A DNA stretch of 64,000 bases, taken from Desulfatiglandales bacterium. Lineage in GTDB: Bacteria > Desulfobacterota > DSM-4660 > Desulfatiglandales > HGW-15. The notes under the pieces were generated by a model. That model searched no databases. It was not told the origin of the DNA and saw only the letters and a program-made list of their open reading frames with translations. The stretch lies in assembly GCA_963667015.2 (NCBI GenBank), contig CAXXJJ010000001.1:768001-832000 (forward strand). Reading direction: 5' to 3'. A program made the position numbers and the translations under genes. Below, one piece after another: positions 19,272 through 29,121 of the stretch (the stretch's first letter is position 1; the number at the start of each line of letters is the position of its first letter).

Positions 19272-20234
19272 TTATTGAACCGGTCTTGAAGGCACATACT
19301 GAATCTTAAACTGGACCGGGACCACTTTTTTCAGGCCGATCCTCGCCAGGTATTTATAGGCCTCCCTTAAATCAAGTGTTATCTTGGTCTCATTTGCTTC
19401 GTTGTGATATTCGAAATCCTTGAATACCCGGTGTGTCCGATAACCTTTTACTGCCCTTCTTTTTACCATCTTGGGATAGATCATTACCACCTTTATTTCT
19501 GTGCCGGGTTTAGGTTCCACCGGGAGATGAATGCTGAAATGAGAGAATCCTCCCATTTCATGCATCTTTAGTGTCTTGTATATGGTATGCCAGTTATCTT
19601 CGACCATTGGCGTTAGAAATGCCTCGGAGATCCTGACGTAGTCTTCAAGATAAAAAATGCCGTATGGTTTTTCTTCCGAGATGCTGCGGATGAACACATC
19701 AGCCCTTTTAAAGGAACCCCGTAATTCTTCAGGTATTATTTCGTGCATGAAGCTGCTGTCAATCACTATCCCGCTGGGCCTTGCCATGTCCATAAGGCGT
19801 GATGCAAGGTTTAGGAGGTGACCCGAATAATCGATTATCTCATCCTCTGTATAGAGGCAGCATACCGTGCCTCTTGCAATGCCGAAACCGATGTTTTCGG
19901 GGGTCTTGAAGTTTATCATGGGGTCTCCTGCGCATATTTCGGGAAACTCCACAAGGCACTGGAGGCAGTTGCTTATGACATAATCGGAAACTTCCTGAAG
20001 GTTTGATTCGGAATAGGGGAATGTCATCAGGAGTCCGTCACCTTTTGTCTTGAAAAAGCCTGCCTTTGCAAAATAATCGTCCATCAGTCTCATGTAAAAT
20101 CTTTTTATGAACATGGCAATGTCTGTGGATTCGTGGTTTTTACAGAATGTGGAAAAGCCCCGTACATCGGCAACGACGGCGATCACAAATTCAGATTTTC
20201 CCTGGGCCTCGGCCAGCTGGTCTCTTAAGGACAT
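19272..20234 (-). CDS. Class III nucleotidyl (probably adenylate) cyclase with unknown C-terminal domain
   Basis: ADVRGFS, KTKGDGLL, FGIARG, DYSGHLLNLASRL. Confidence 0.85.
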   Translation of the reverse strand: MSLRDQLAEAQGKSEFVIAVVADVRGFSTFCKNHESTDIAMFIKRFYMRLMDDYFAKAGFFKTKGDGLLMTFPYSESNLQEVSDYVISNCLQCLVEFPEICAGDPMINFKTPENIGFGIARGTVCCLYTEDEIIDYSGHLLNLASRLMDMARPSGIVIDSSFMHEIIPEELRGSFKRADVFIRSISEEKPYGIFYLEDYVRISEAFLTPMVEDNWHTIYKTLKMHEMGGFSHFSIHLPVEPKPGTEIKVVMIYPKMVKRRAVKGYRTHRVFKDFEYHNEANETKITLDLREAYKYLARIGLKKVVPVQFKIQYVPSRPVQ

Positions 20235-20435
20235 AATATCTCCTGTTGATACGAGAAGTTAAAATATCTAATTTTACTGTCCAAAAATAATGCCATTAAT
20301 ATTATTTAATGTAAAATTTAAAATTGATTTGAACCCCTGTTTTTAAATGAAAAAGATGGGGCTTGATTTGGAACAGGAGATTATGCGATTATTAATAGCT
20401 TATAGTTTTGCGAGATCAACCCAGGAGCTAAATTT

Positions 20436-22133
20436 ATGTCAGAAGAAACAACAAAATTACCGACTAATTTTATTAGAGATGCAATAAATGAAGATATTGA
20501 GAGCAAGAGGTTTGAAAAACCTGTCCATACCCGGTTTCCTCCCGAGCCGAACGGATTTCTGCATATCGGGCACGCAAAGGGTATATGCATCAGCTACGGG
20601 CTGGCAGAAGAATTCGGCGGTCTTTATAACCTTCGTTTTGATGATACCAACCCTGTAAAAGAAGAAGAACGATATGTCGACAGCCAGATGGCTGACATCC
20701 GGTGGCTGGGGTTTGACTGGGGCGACAGGCTTTATTATGCCTCTGATTATTTCGAGCAGTTGTATGAATGGGCAGTTCAACTGATAAAGGACGGCAAGGC
20801 CTATGTCGATCACCTGAGTCCAGATGAAATAAGGGAGTTCCGAGGGACATTGACCGAACCCGGGAAAAATAGCCCATACAGAGACCGTTCGGTCGAGGAA
20901 AACCTGGACCTCTTCAGTCGTATGCGCGACGGTGAGTTCAAAGAGGGTACATGTGTGCTTCGCGCAAAAATAGATATGGCCTCGGGCAATATCAATATGC
21001 GTGATCCTGTCATGTACCGGATATTGCACGCATCCCACCACCGCACAGGGGACAAATGGTGCATATACCCCATGTACGACTGGACACACGGGCAGAGTGA
21101 TTCGATCGAAGGAATTACACATTCTATCTGCGACCTTGGGTATGAAGACCACAGGCCCCTGTATGACTGGTTTCTGGATCAGCTGGGGATATACCACCCG
21201 AGACAGATAGAATATGCTAGGCTGAACCTCAGCTACACGGTATTAAGCAAACGATGGCTGATGAAGCTTGTAAATGAGGGTCATGTCAGCGGGTGGAATG
21301 ATCCAAGGATGCCTACCCTCTCGGGACTCAGGCGAAGGGGCTATACCTCCGAATCAATAAGAAAATTTATTGAACGGATAGGTGTCGCAAAAAGGGAAAG
21401 CATGGTCGATATTGCACTCCTGGATCATTGTGTCCGGGAGGACCTGAATAAAAAGGCTCCAAGGGTAATGGCGGTCATTCGCCCCCTGAAGGTGATAATA
21501 GAGAATTATCCCGAAGGAGAGACCGAGGAGCTTGACGCGGTCAATAATCCTGAAGATCCTTCCATGGGAACAAGAAAGGTTCCCTTTTCAAAGGTGTTGT
21601 ATATTGAGAGGGATGATTTTATGGAGGATCCGCCTAAAAAATTCTATCGCCTTGGCCCCGGACGGGAGGTCAGGCTGCGTTATGCCTACTTTATAACCTG
21701 CGTTGACGTTGTTAAAGACCCTGATACAGGAGAGATCCTGGAGCTGCACTGCACATATGATCCCGAGACAAAGGGTGGAGATGCACCTGACGGAAGAAAG
21801 GTCAAGGCAACACTTCACTGGGTTTCCGCCGAACACGCCATTGAGGCAAAAGTAAGGCTCTATGATCATCTTTTTACAAAGGAAGATCCCATGGATGTAG
21901 AGGAGGGCGGAGATTTTACAGAATCATTAAATCCGGACAGCCTGGAGGAACTTGCTTCATGCAGGCTTGAGCCATGCCTTGAATCAGCTAAAGAGGGCAC
22001 AGGGTACCAGTTTGAAAGACTGGGCTATTTCTGCATTGATGCAGAGGATTCCGTGCCCGGTGCACCGGTATTTAACAGGACTGTCAACCTGAGGGATACC
22101 TGGGGCAAGATTCAAAAGTCGCAGAAAAAGTGA
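20436..22133 (+). CDS. glnS: Glutamine--tRNA ligase
   Basis: [55 protein letters not shown]. Confidence 0.97.
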   Translation: MSEETTKLPTNFIRDAINEDIESKRFEKPVHTRFPPEPNGFLHIGHAKGICISYGLAEEFGGLYNLRFDDTNPVKEEERYVDSQMADIRWLGFDWGDRLYYASDYFEQLYEWAVQLIKDGKAYVDHLSPDEIREFRGTLTEPGKNSPYRDRSVEENLDLFSRMRDGEFKEGTCVLRAKIDMASGNINMRDPVMYRILHASHHRTGDKWCIYPMYDWTHGQSDSIEGITHSICDLGYEDHRPLYDWFLDQLGIYHPRQIEYARLNLSYTVLSKRWLMKLVNEGHVSGWNDPRMPTLSGLRRRGYTSESIRKFIERIGVAKRESMVDIALLDHCVREDLNKKAPRVMAVIRPLKVIIENYPEGETEELDAVNNPEDPSMGTRKVPFSKVLYIERDDFMEDPPKKFYRLGPGREVRLRYAYFITCVDVVKDPDTGEILELHCTYDPETKGGDAPDGRKVKATLHWVSAEHAIEAKVRLYDHLFTKEDPMDVEEGGDFTESLNPDSLEELASCRLEPCLESAKEGTGYQFERLGYFCIDAEDSVPGAPVFNRTVNLRDTWGKIQKSQKK

Positions 22134-22152
22134 TGCAGGGATTGAGTCAATA

Positions 22153-22587
22153 ATGAATGAAAATAAAATAAAGCCGCATATCGATCCACCGGGTAAAGTC
22201 CCGGCAGAGGCAGTGTTGAGGCATAAAAACATATGGCAATCAATCGCCTATATTATTATACTTGCCATCATAGTGCTTTCTCTTATGCCGAATCCTGACA
22301 GGCTGACCCCTTTTTCTGCCTCTGACAAGCTTATGCATACGCTTGCCTATGCTGTTGCCATGCTCTGGTTCGGTTTATGCTTCAATCGTAATAAATTATT
22401 TATCATAGGCGGCGGCCTGGTTCTCCTGGGGATTGTCCTTGAATTTATACAGGGACAGACAGGGTATCGTACCATGAGCCTCAATGATATAATTGCCAAT
22501 TGTGTCGGTGTATTTGCAGGGTTGCTGATTTCCTTTTCCCCGCTTTCAAGGTCGCTTCAATATATAGAACAGAGATTGCTTAGATAA
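22153..22587 (+). CDS. VanZ family membrane protein
   Basis: DKLMHTLAY, EFIQ, R.MSLNDIIAN. Confidence 0.85.
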   Translation: MNENKIKPHIDPPGKVPAEAVLRHKNIWQSIAYIIILAIIVLSLMPNPDRLTPFSASDKLMHTLAYAVAMLWFGLCFNRNKLFIIGGGLVLLGIVLEFIQGQTGYRTMSLNDIIANCVGVFAGLLISFSPLSRSLQYIEQRLLR

Positions 22588-22595
22588 GAGGTAAT

Positions 22596-23930
22596 ATGTC
22601 ATTTTCGCTCAGAGATATTATTCGTTTCCTGAATGAGGATGTCTGGAAGGTAAGCCTTAAGGATCTTTCTGCTAGAAAATCTATCTTAATTAAAAATCTC
22701 AGGATAATTCTCCTTGCCCTCAAGGGATTCAATGAAGACAAATGTGTCCTGAGGGCACAGGCACTTACCTTCTATTCACTTTTATCCCTTGTTCCCCTGG
22801 TAGCCTTTGTCTTTGGTATTGCCAAGGGGTTCGATATGCAGAAAGTTTTAGAGGACCAGCTTGCAAAAAGCCTGCAGGGACAGGATCAGGTAGTATCATT
22901 TATCATCGATGCCGCGGAGAAACAGCTTTTGCAGGCAAAGGGCGGGCTTATCGCAGGAATCGGTATAATCGTACTCCTTTATACTGTTTTCAAACTTATG
23001 CAGAGTATAGAAAGATCATTTAACGAAATATGGGGAGCGCCCCATTCAAGGAGCTTCGGGCGTAAATTCAGCGACTACCTGACGGTTCTTTTTGTGGCTC
23101 CGATTCTTTTTATACTTTCCAGCGGGGTAACGGTTTTTGTTAAAACCTCTATCACTCCAATTATGTCCAGGGTAATGCTGTTAGGCCCCTTTATCAGCAA
23201 GCTGATCTTTTTGTCTCTAAAACTGTCACCCTTTTTTGTTTTCTGGCTCCTTTTAAACTTCCTCTACATCTTTATGCCCAACACAAGGGTAAGGTTTCGA
23301 TCCGCGTTTATGGGAGGAATTGTCGCCGGTACTATATATGTCATCTGGCAGACCCTTTATATAACCCTGCAGATAGGTTTCGCAAAGGCCGGGGCAATCT
23401 ACGGAAGCCTTGCAGCACTTCCCCTTTTTATGTTCTGGCTGCAGGTAAGCTGGCTGATCGTGCTGTTCGGCACAGAGATAGCCTTTGCACATCAGAATGT
23501 TGACACATATGAAATGGAACCGCTATCTGAAACTGTAAGCATTTCACTTAAAAAAATACTTTCATTAAGGATTGCAAATATATGCGTTAAGAATTTCGTC
23601 AGGGGGGAAAATCCCTGGTCAGCCCAGATGATTGCAGAATTTCTCGAACTGCCCGTAAGGCTGACAAATATACTTCTGTCGGATCTGGTTAAATGTCATG
23701 TCCTTTCCGAAACGGGCGGCAAAGATGAAAAGATAAGTTATTATCAGCCGGCAAGGGATGTAAATGCCCTCACCATCCATTATGTTGCCAGCTCCCTTGA
23801 GAAGCTGGGTGATGATGAAAATATCTCATTCGCGGAATCGGAAGAGATAGAAAAGATTAAGAAGTGTTATGAGAAACTTGATAATATTTACAGTGAATCC
23901 GATGCGAATATTCTTCTCAAGGATATCTAG
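22596..23930 (+). CDS. YihY/BrkB family membrane protein with C-terminal HTH
   Basis: AQALTFYSLLSLVP, IERSFNEIW, AIYGSLAALPLFMFWLQVSWLIVLFG. Confidence 0.92.
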   Translation: MSFSLRDIIRFLNEDVWKVSLKDLSARKSILIKNLRIILLALKGFNEDKCVLRAQALTFYSLLSLVPLVAFVFGIAKGFDMQKVLEDQLAKSLQGQDQVVSFIIDAAEKQLLQAKGGLIAGIGIIVLLYTVFKLMQSIERSFNEIWGAPHSRSFGRKFSDYLTVLFVAPILFILSSGVTVFVKTSITPIMSRVMLLGPFISKLIFLSLKLSPFFVFWLLLNFLYIFMPNTRVRFRSAFMGGIVAGTIYVIWQTLYITLQIGFAKAGAIYGSLAALPLFMFWLQVSWLIVLFGTEIAFAHQNVDTYEMEPLSETVSISLKKILSLRIANICVKNFVRGENPWSAQMIAEFLELPVRLTNILLSDLVKCHVLSETGGKDEKISYYQPARDVNALTIHYVASSLEKLGDDENISFAESEEIEKIKKCYEKLDNIYSESDANILLKDI

Positions 23931-23933
23931 CCA

Positions 23934-24749
23934 ATGAGTCCTTTTAATCTTCCGGATAAGCACAGAATCACCCTCCGGTCCGAAACAGAGGAAGTCATGG
24001 TTGCAGGGATTTCCGATGTGGGCTGCCTGAGAGAATTAAATGAAGATCAGATATGGATACATGATTCGGGTAAGGTCCTTTTGCTTGCTGATGGCATGGG
24101 CGGGCATGACAGAGGAGCCGATGCAAGCCGTATTGCCCTCGAGACACTGAGCGGTCTGCTCCTGCCTGAAAAAATTAACACCCAGCTTGACGACATAACC
24201 CTTCCGGAGGGTATCTCTGCAGACGTAGCCCCTGTATTTGCGATAATACACCGGGCAGTCAAAGAAGCGGCAGAGGTAATGGCCGAGCGGAACTACGAAT
24301 TGAATCTCTCAAGGTATATGGGGACAACCATTGCCGGGTTTGTACTTACAGGAAATAACCATGTGTGCTGGTTTCATGTAGGGGACAGCCGTGTGTATCG
24401 GTTACGAGACGGTATGCTGACCTGCCTTACCGTTGACCATTCTCTCTATGCGGAATGGGAAAAGGCCGGCTCGCTGGGGATAGCCCCTGCAAGGCACCTG
24501 GTCACGAGGGTGCTCGGGAATAATCCCGAGGTTGAAGCCGATATTTCCTGTGATGAAAGAAAAAAGGGAGATATCTATCTTCTATGCAGCGACGGCCTGA
24601 ATGATATGATGTCTGACAGGGATATCGAGGAGGTATTGAAGGGAGAGAAGGATGTCCCGGAGCTGGCGGAAATGCTTGTAAATGAGGCCCTGTCTGCGGG
24701 GGGCACAGACAACGTCAGTGTAATTCTCTGTAAGATATTAAAAGCCTAA
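23934..24749 (+). CDS. PP2C-family Ser/Thr protein phosphatase
   Basis: NEDQ, ADGMGGH, MGTT, HVGDSR, LLCSDGL, GGTDNVS. Confidence 0.95.
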   Translation: MSPFNLPDKHRITLRSETEEVMVAGISDVGCLRELNEDQIWIHDSGKVLLLADGMGGHDRGADASRIALETLSGLLLPEKINTQLDDITLPEGISADVAPVFAIIHRAVKEAAEVMAERNYELNLSRYMGTTIAGFVLTGNNHVCWFHVGDSRVYRLRDGMLTCLTVDHSLYAEWEKAGSLGIAPARHLVTRVLGNNPEVEADISCDERKKGDIYLLCSDGLNDMMSDRDIEEVLKGEKDVPELAEMLVNEALSAGGTDNVSVILCKILKA

Positions 24750-25216
24750 ATAATCCCGCTTTTGCTCGATAGCTCTTCAAGTCTCTTTACATGTTTTTTT
24801 TCTTCCCTGATAATCCTGTCGATACCGGCAAGGACCTTTCCGTCATCAATAAAATCCTTTATCATCTCATAAAACAGTATGGTGTCCTTTTCAAACTCAA
24901 GAGATATCTCAAAAAGGGTTTCAATATCTTTTATCCTTGAAAAATCGGCATCGGCCATAGAAAAGGTCTGCTCTCCCAGTACAGTGTTAAGTATTTCCCT
25001 GCCCATCTCCTCTAGTTTCGGGTCCTCGATTTTTTCATCTATCTCCCTTTTCATATTGATAAACCATTTTTCATGATCTTTCTCGTCATTCGCAAGCCAT
25101 TCCAGTATTGATGCCAGTTCCCGGCTCTTTACCTCTTGTTGGGCCTTCCGATATGACCTTTCCCCGTTTTTTTCTACTTGTATCGCGAGATCGATTATTT
25201 CACCGAGACTGAACAT
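24746..25216 (-). CDS. Rubrerythrin/ferritin-like family protein
   Basis: AIQVE, DEKDH, FEKD..LFY and EEKKH diiron-type motifs. Confidence 0.88.
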   Translation of the reverse strand: MFSLGEIIDLAIQVEKNGERSYRKAQQEVKSRELASILEWLANDEKDHEKWFINMKREIDEKIEDPKLEEMGREILNTVLGEQTFSMADADFSRIKDIETLFEISLEFEKDTILFYEMIKDFIDDGKVLAGIDRIIREEKKHVKRLEELSSKSGII

Positions 25217-25227
25217 TGTATTTGCCC

Positions 25228-26628
25228 TCAGTTCATTGATATGTTCTGTATTTCATCTTCACAGGGCAGGTGAAAGATCTGCCTGGGAATTGTTTCAATT
25301 ACATTTGAAAATCTTCCGGTCTCTATCCCGAGGGTATGGAGACTTTTTTTCAGGTGATCGGTATCGAGCCTTTCAAGCTCCTGGCCCACAAGAAACCTGG
25401 ACATGAGCAGGTCAGCAAGGTAAACGATGCTTACCAGCACCTTGTCTGAATCGGCATTATCAGGATTATGATGGTTTTTTATTGCATCAATCAGAGAATC
25501 ATGCAGTGACCATTGTTCGGCAAGCATTGCACCTATGTCATCGTGTGTAATGCCGAATGTTTCCCTTTCCGCCGTAAAAAGATTTTCATTGCCTATCTGA
25601 GTCTTCCTGTAAAAAAACGGGTATGCCCGGTCCATGTGCTGATCAAGAACAACTTTGCCTATATCATGGAGGAGGCCGGCAGTATATGCCGTATCAGACG
25701 GAACGCATTGTGTTATCCGGGCAAGTTTTTCACTTATGAGCGCGGTTCCCAGGGCGTGATTATAAAGACCTCCCTTGCACTGGGAATATCCCTTACTTTT
25801 ACCCCTGAAAAAGTCTTCAAATGCCGCTGACATCACAACCTGGAGCAGCTGTTTTTCCCCCAGCAATACCAGGACCCTGTCAATGGAGTCGGCCTTGATC
25901 CGTTTATTGAAAAATGCCGAATTGCAGAGCTTGAGCAGTTTTGCAGATATTACCTGGTCCTGTTTTACCTCTTCGGCAATGTCCTGAAGGCTGCATCTTC
26001 CTTCCCGCAGCATTCTAAGGATCTTGAAGACAATCTGGGGGATTGAACGAACCCTGCTGATGGCTTCCCTGAGCTGGCCTGCATCAGGTCTTTCGATTTC
26101 CGCATCAGGGATGTCCGGGGCCTCATAGATAGGATGGATATCGGTTTCCATGGTTCCCAGGTTAAGACTTAAACGGCAGCTGAAATATCCCCCTGTCTCT
26201 CTCCTTATAACAGATATTCCGGCATTACGGAGAATCCTCTCCGTTATGTCGACGGTCCTTCCTCCTATATCGAGGTCCATATCCGTTTCAGAGATATCTC
26301 CGACAATTGCCCCTCCTGCAATTGTTGCTTCGAGCTGGGAGATCCCCGAGCCCCTGTCACACATCTCCTTTATAAAGAGCGGAAGCCCTGTAAGGGCATA
26401 ATTACCCGGATTTCCCAGGTGATCGCTTCCATTGGGTTCCGGCAGGAGCATGTGTATGAGTCCGCCCACCTTTGCCTTTTTATCCCGCAGTGTCATGCCT
26501 ACACATGTCCCGAGGTAGGCATTTAATATCTCGTTCCTGCTTTCACTTACCTTATATATCCCGGCTGGAACCGGGTATGCAGGAAATCTACTGTTCCTTG
26601 ACATATTACTTTTACTCCGTTCAGCCAA
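25228..26628 (-). CDS. CheD-HDOD fusion protein
   Basis: CheD motifs LGTCVG, GGLIHMLLP, AGGA, DIG; HDOD motifs DQVISAKLLKLCNS, AGLLHDIGK, KNHH; start uncertain. Confidence 0.9.
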   Translation of the reverse strand: MAERSKSNMSRNSRFPAYPVPAGIYKVSESRNEILNAYLGTCVGMTLRDKKAKVGGLIHMLLPEPNGSDHLGNPGNYALTGLPLFIKEMCDRGSGISQLEATIAGGAIVGDISETDMDLDIGGRTVDITERILRNAGISVIRRETGGYFSCRLSLNLGTMETDIHPIYEAPDIPDAEIERPDAGQLREAISRVRSIPQIVFKILRMLREGRCSLQDIAEEVKQDQVISAKLLKLCNSAFFNKRIKADSIDRVLVLLGEKQLLQVVMSAAFEDFFRGKSKGYSQCKGGLYNHALGTALISEKLARITQCVPSDTAYTAGLLHDIGKVVLDQHMDRAYPFFYRKTQIGNENLFTAERETFGITHDDIGAMLAEQWSLHDSLIDAIKNHHNPDNADSDKVLVSIVYLADLLMSRFLVGQELERLDTDHLKKSLHTLGIETGRFSNVIETIPRQIFHLPCEDEIQNISMN

Positions 26629-26667
26629 TTCATTAAACTATAATTATAAAATTTTTGGTTATCAGAC

Positions 26668-28779
26668 TTATGATGAACTCAGTACATTTTTTACCGCCTT
26701 TAGCATTTTATTTAATTCATAGGGTTTGCTTATAAAATCCTTTGCACCCCATTCCTTTGCCTGCTGTGCTGTCTCCTGAACATTATATCCGCTTGCTACA
26801 ATGATTTTCGCCTCCGGCTTCATGGTAAGTATGGTCTCTACAAGTTTTTTACCGCCTATGCCTGGCATGATAAGGTCTGAGATTATCAGATCGATATTAT
26901 CATGGTTTTCCGAGTATAAATTGATGGCTGTTTCACAATCCGAGGCTGTGATTACCTTATAACCGAATTGTGACAGCAGCTCTTCTCCGACCTCCCTGGT
27001 TACCCTGTCATCTTCAACAAAGAGGATATTTTCACTGCCTCCTTCAGGGGTGGGTTCAACTACCGAGTTCAGATCCTTTTCCCTGGCATTCTTAAAGGCA
27101 GGAAAGTAAATCTTAAAGGATGTTCCCTTTCCGGGCCGGCTGCTGCATGTTATATAACCCCCATGGCTTCTTACAATACCATATACCATTGAAAGTCCAA
27201 GCCCGGTTCCCTCACCGACCTTCTTTGTCGTGAAAAAGGGCTCAAAAATATGTTCCAGCGTATCGCTGTCCATGCCTGTCCCGGTATCTGTTATTGTGAG
27301 CAGGGTATATTCACCCGGAACGACACCCGGAGTCCTGGCACAGGCTGCTTCATCGATAACTGCCGTTTCCGTTTTAAACTCCAGCTCTCCGCCGTCCGGC
27401 ATGGCATCCCTGGCGTTTATCCCCATGTTCATGAGTATCTGTTCAAGCTGGTTTGAATCTGCATTTATATGGCTGACTCCTATGTCCAGATTCAGCCTGA
27501 TCTCGATCATTTTCGGGATGGTGCGTTTGAGAATCTGTGATATCTGATCTATTTCATTATTCAGATTGACGGGCTGTGTCTCATTCTCCATCTTCCGGCC
27601 GAAGATGAGCAGTCTTTTTGTCAGCTTGCTTGCCCGCTGGATTGCCTTCTCAATGGTGGTCAGTTTGGAAAAATCCCGGTCCCCCTCTTTTTTGCCCAGC
27701 AGGAGCATTTCAGTACAACCGAAAATGGCCTGCAGGCTGTTGTTAAAGTCATGGGCAATACCGCCTGCAAGGGTTCCTATGGCCTCCATCTTCTGTGCCT
27801 GGATCAGTTGTGCCTCGAGCTGTTTTCTCTCGCTGATATCCCTTAGAAGATACAATATGCCGGCAGGGTTGCCCTCATGATCATCATACCTTGAAACGCT
27901 CAGGCTTACCTCCAGCAGGCGATGATCCTTTGTGTACCTTCTTGTCTCGATGTCCTGGCAGGCATTCCCTGATTTTACAATCTCCGATATCATGTAGTCA
28001 TGCTCGGCTTGAACAGTCCTGGGCATAAAAGGTATTTCCTGTCCCTGGATTTCATCAAGGGACCACCCGAAGACCTCTGTGAACGACGGGCTGACATAGC
28101 TGGTTTTCCCGTTCAGGTCTGATATGACGATGGCATCGGCAGAAGAATTGATAAGAGAACGATATACCTCCTCTGCCTTTTTTGATTCTTCATAGAGATT
28201 TTTGTAGTTTTTCTCGCTTCTGGCCAGGGCCTCAAGCATGTTTTTTCTTTCCCAGTAGGTGCCTATCATACCGGAAATAACGTGAAAGGTCTGCACCTCC
28301 TCACCCAGCCATTCTCTCGGATTCTCGATGTCTTCAAATGAGATTGCTCCGAAAAACGAGTTGGAAGGCGAGTTGATGGGCACTGCCAGTGTCGACCGGA
28401 TGTTTTTTGCCTTCAGGACGTTTTTTTCTTTTTCATTCTCCAGGGGCAGGGCAGCGACATCGGGGATCATGACGATATTTTCACGCCTGAGCCTTTTATA
28501 AAGCCATTTATAGAAGTGGCTGTCAGTGTCCTTTATTTCATGTTTTATCAGGATCGAGGCACTGCACCATTCATGTATCTCCATGATTTCATCAGTGTCG
28601 TCTTTGAAACATATGATTCTTGTGCAGCTTACAGAGGAGGCCTTGCCAATAATAGACAGGACCTCTTTCAGGTCAACGCTGTCAGAGGACAGAAATATCC
28701 TTGAAATTTTGGATACTGCCTTCTCGATAGCAAGTCGATCTTTTAACCATTCTTTCGTAAGGGCGCTTCCGGACAACAT
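26668..28779 (-). CDS. GAF/PAS hybrid sensor histidine kinase
   Basis: LAGGIAHDFNN, DTGTGM, GEGTGLGL, receiver FVEDD..SDLIMP. Confidence 0.95.
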   Translation of the reverse strand: MLSGSALTKEWLKDRLAIEKAVSKISRIFLSSDSVDLKEVLSIIGKASSVSCTRIICFKDDTDEIMEIHEWCSASILIKHEIKDTDSHFYKWLYKRLRRENIVMIPDVAALPLENEKEKNVLKAKNIRSTLAVPINSPSNSFFGAISFEDIENPREWLGEEVQTFHVISGMIGTYWERKNMLEALARSEKNYKNLYEESKKAEEVYRSLINSSADAIVISDLNGKTSYVSPSFTEVFGWSLDEIQGQEIPFMPRTVQAEHDYMISEIVKSGNACQDIETRRYTKDHRLLEVSLSVSRYDDHEGNPAGILYLLRDISERKQLEAQLIQAQKMEAIGTLAGGIAHDFNNSLQAIFGCTEMLLLGKKEGDRDFSKLTTIEKAIQRASKLTKRLLIFGRKMENETQPVNLNNEIDQISQILKRTIPKMIEIRLNLDIGVSHINADSNQLEQILMNMGINARDAMPDGGELEFKTETAVIDEAACARTPGVVPGEYTLLTITDTGTGMDSDTLEHIFEPFFTTKKVGEGTGLGLSMVYGIVRSHGGYITCSSRPGKGTSFKIYFPAFKNAREKDLNSVVEPTPEGGSENILFVEDDRVTREVGEELLSQFGYKVITASDCETAINLYSENHDNIDLIISDLIMPGIGGKKLVETILTMKPEAKIIVASGYNVQETAQQAKEWGAKDFISKPYELNKMLKAVKNVLSSS

Positions 28780-28901
28780 TTCAACCTCAGAAAAAGCAAA
28801 ATCAATAAAAATTCTGGTTTATGAGCTGTCTGCTAAAAACACAAAAGCCAGATTTCCCTATCAACATGAGTCGTAGCATAAATTTTAACGCAAAATACTA
28901 C

Positions 28902-28917
28902 TTCAAATAGTGTGCCA
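28902..28917 (-). promoter_or_regulatory. Probable sigma54 promoter
   Basis: Minus strand TGGCACACTATTTGAA (GG-N10-GA, one deviation from consensus at -12). Confidence 0.55.
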
Positions 28918-29069
28918 TTCCTGACAATGAGAAATATTCGGTATGTATTTTAATTGTTTGACTGTTTGATGTTTGTTAACCATCTGAAATAAAAAGAAAA
29001 GTAGTAGGTGTTCAAGCCCGGAAGAGGTGGGTGGCGATGAATCCGGGTGTTCTGTTTCAGGGATGCAAA

Positions 29070-29120
29070 ATGTAACATGTGTAACATTTTAATTGATGTG
29101 TAATGTTACACATGTTACAT
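29070..29120. promoter_or_regulatory. Perfect 19-bp inverted repeat with four TGTAACA half-sites; probable enhancer (UAS) and/or terminator
   Basis: ATGTAACATGTGTAACATT-N13-AATGTTACACATGTTACAT. Confidence 0.65.
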
Positions 29121-29121
29121 A

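Noticed and set aside
19272..20234. Pycsar defence system
   Set aside because: No adjacent cNMP-binding TIR or TM effector; specificity residues look adenylyl-type.
20457..21197. Long antisense ORFs inside glnS, smc, prkA, aor and other genes
   Set aside because: Shadow frames of well-supported genes, with no RBS or motifs.
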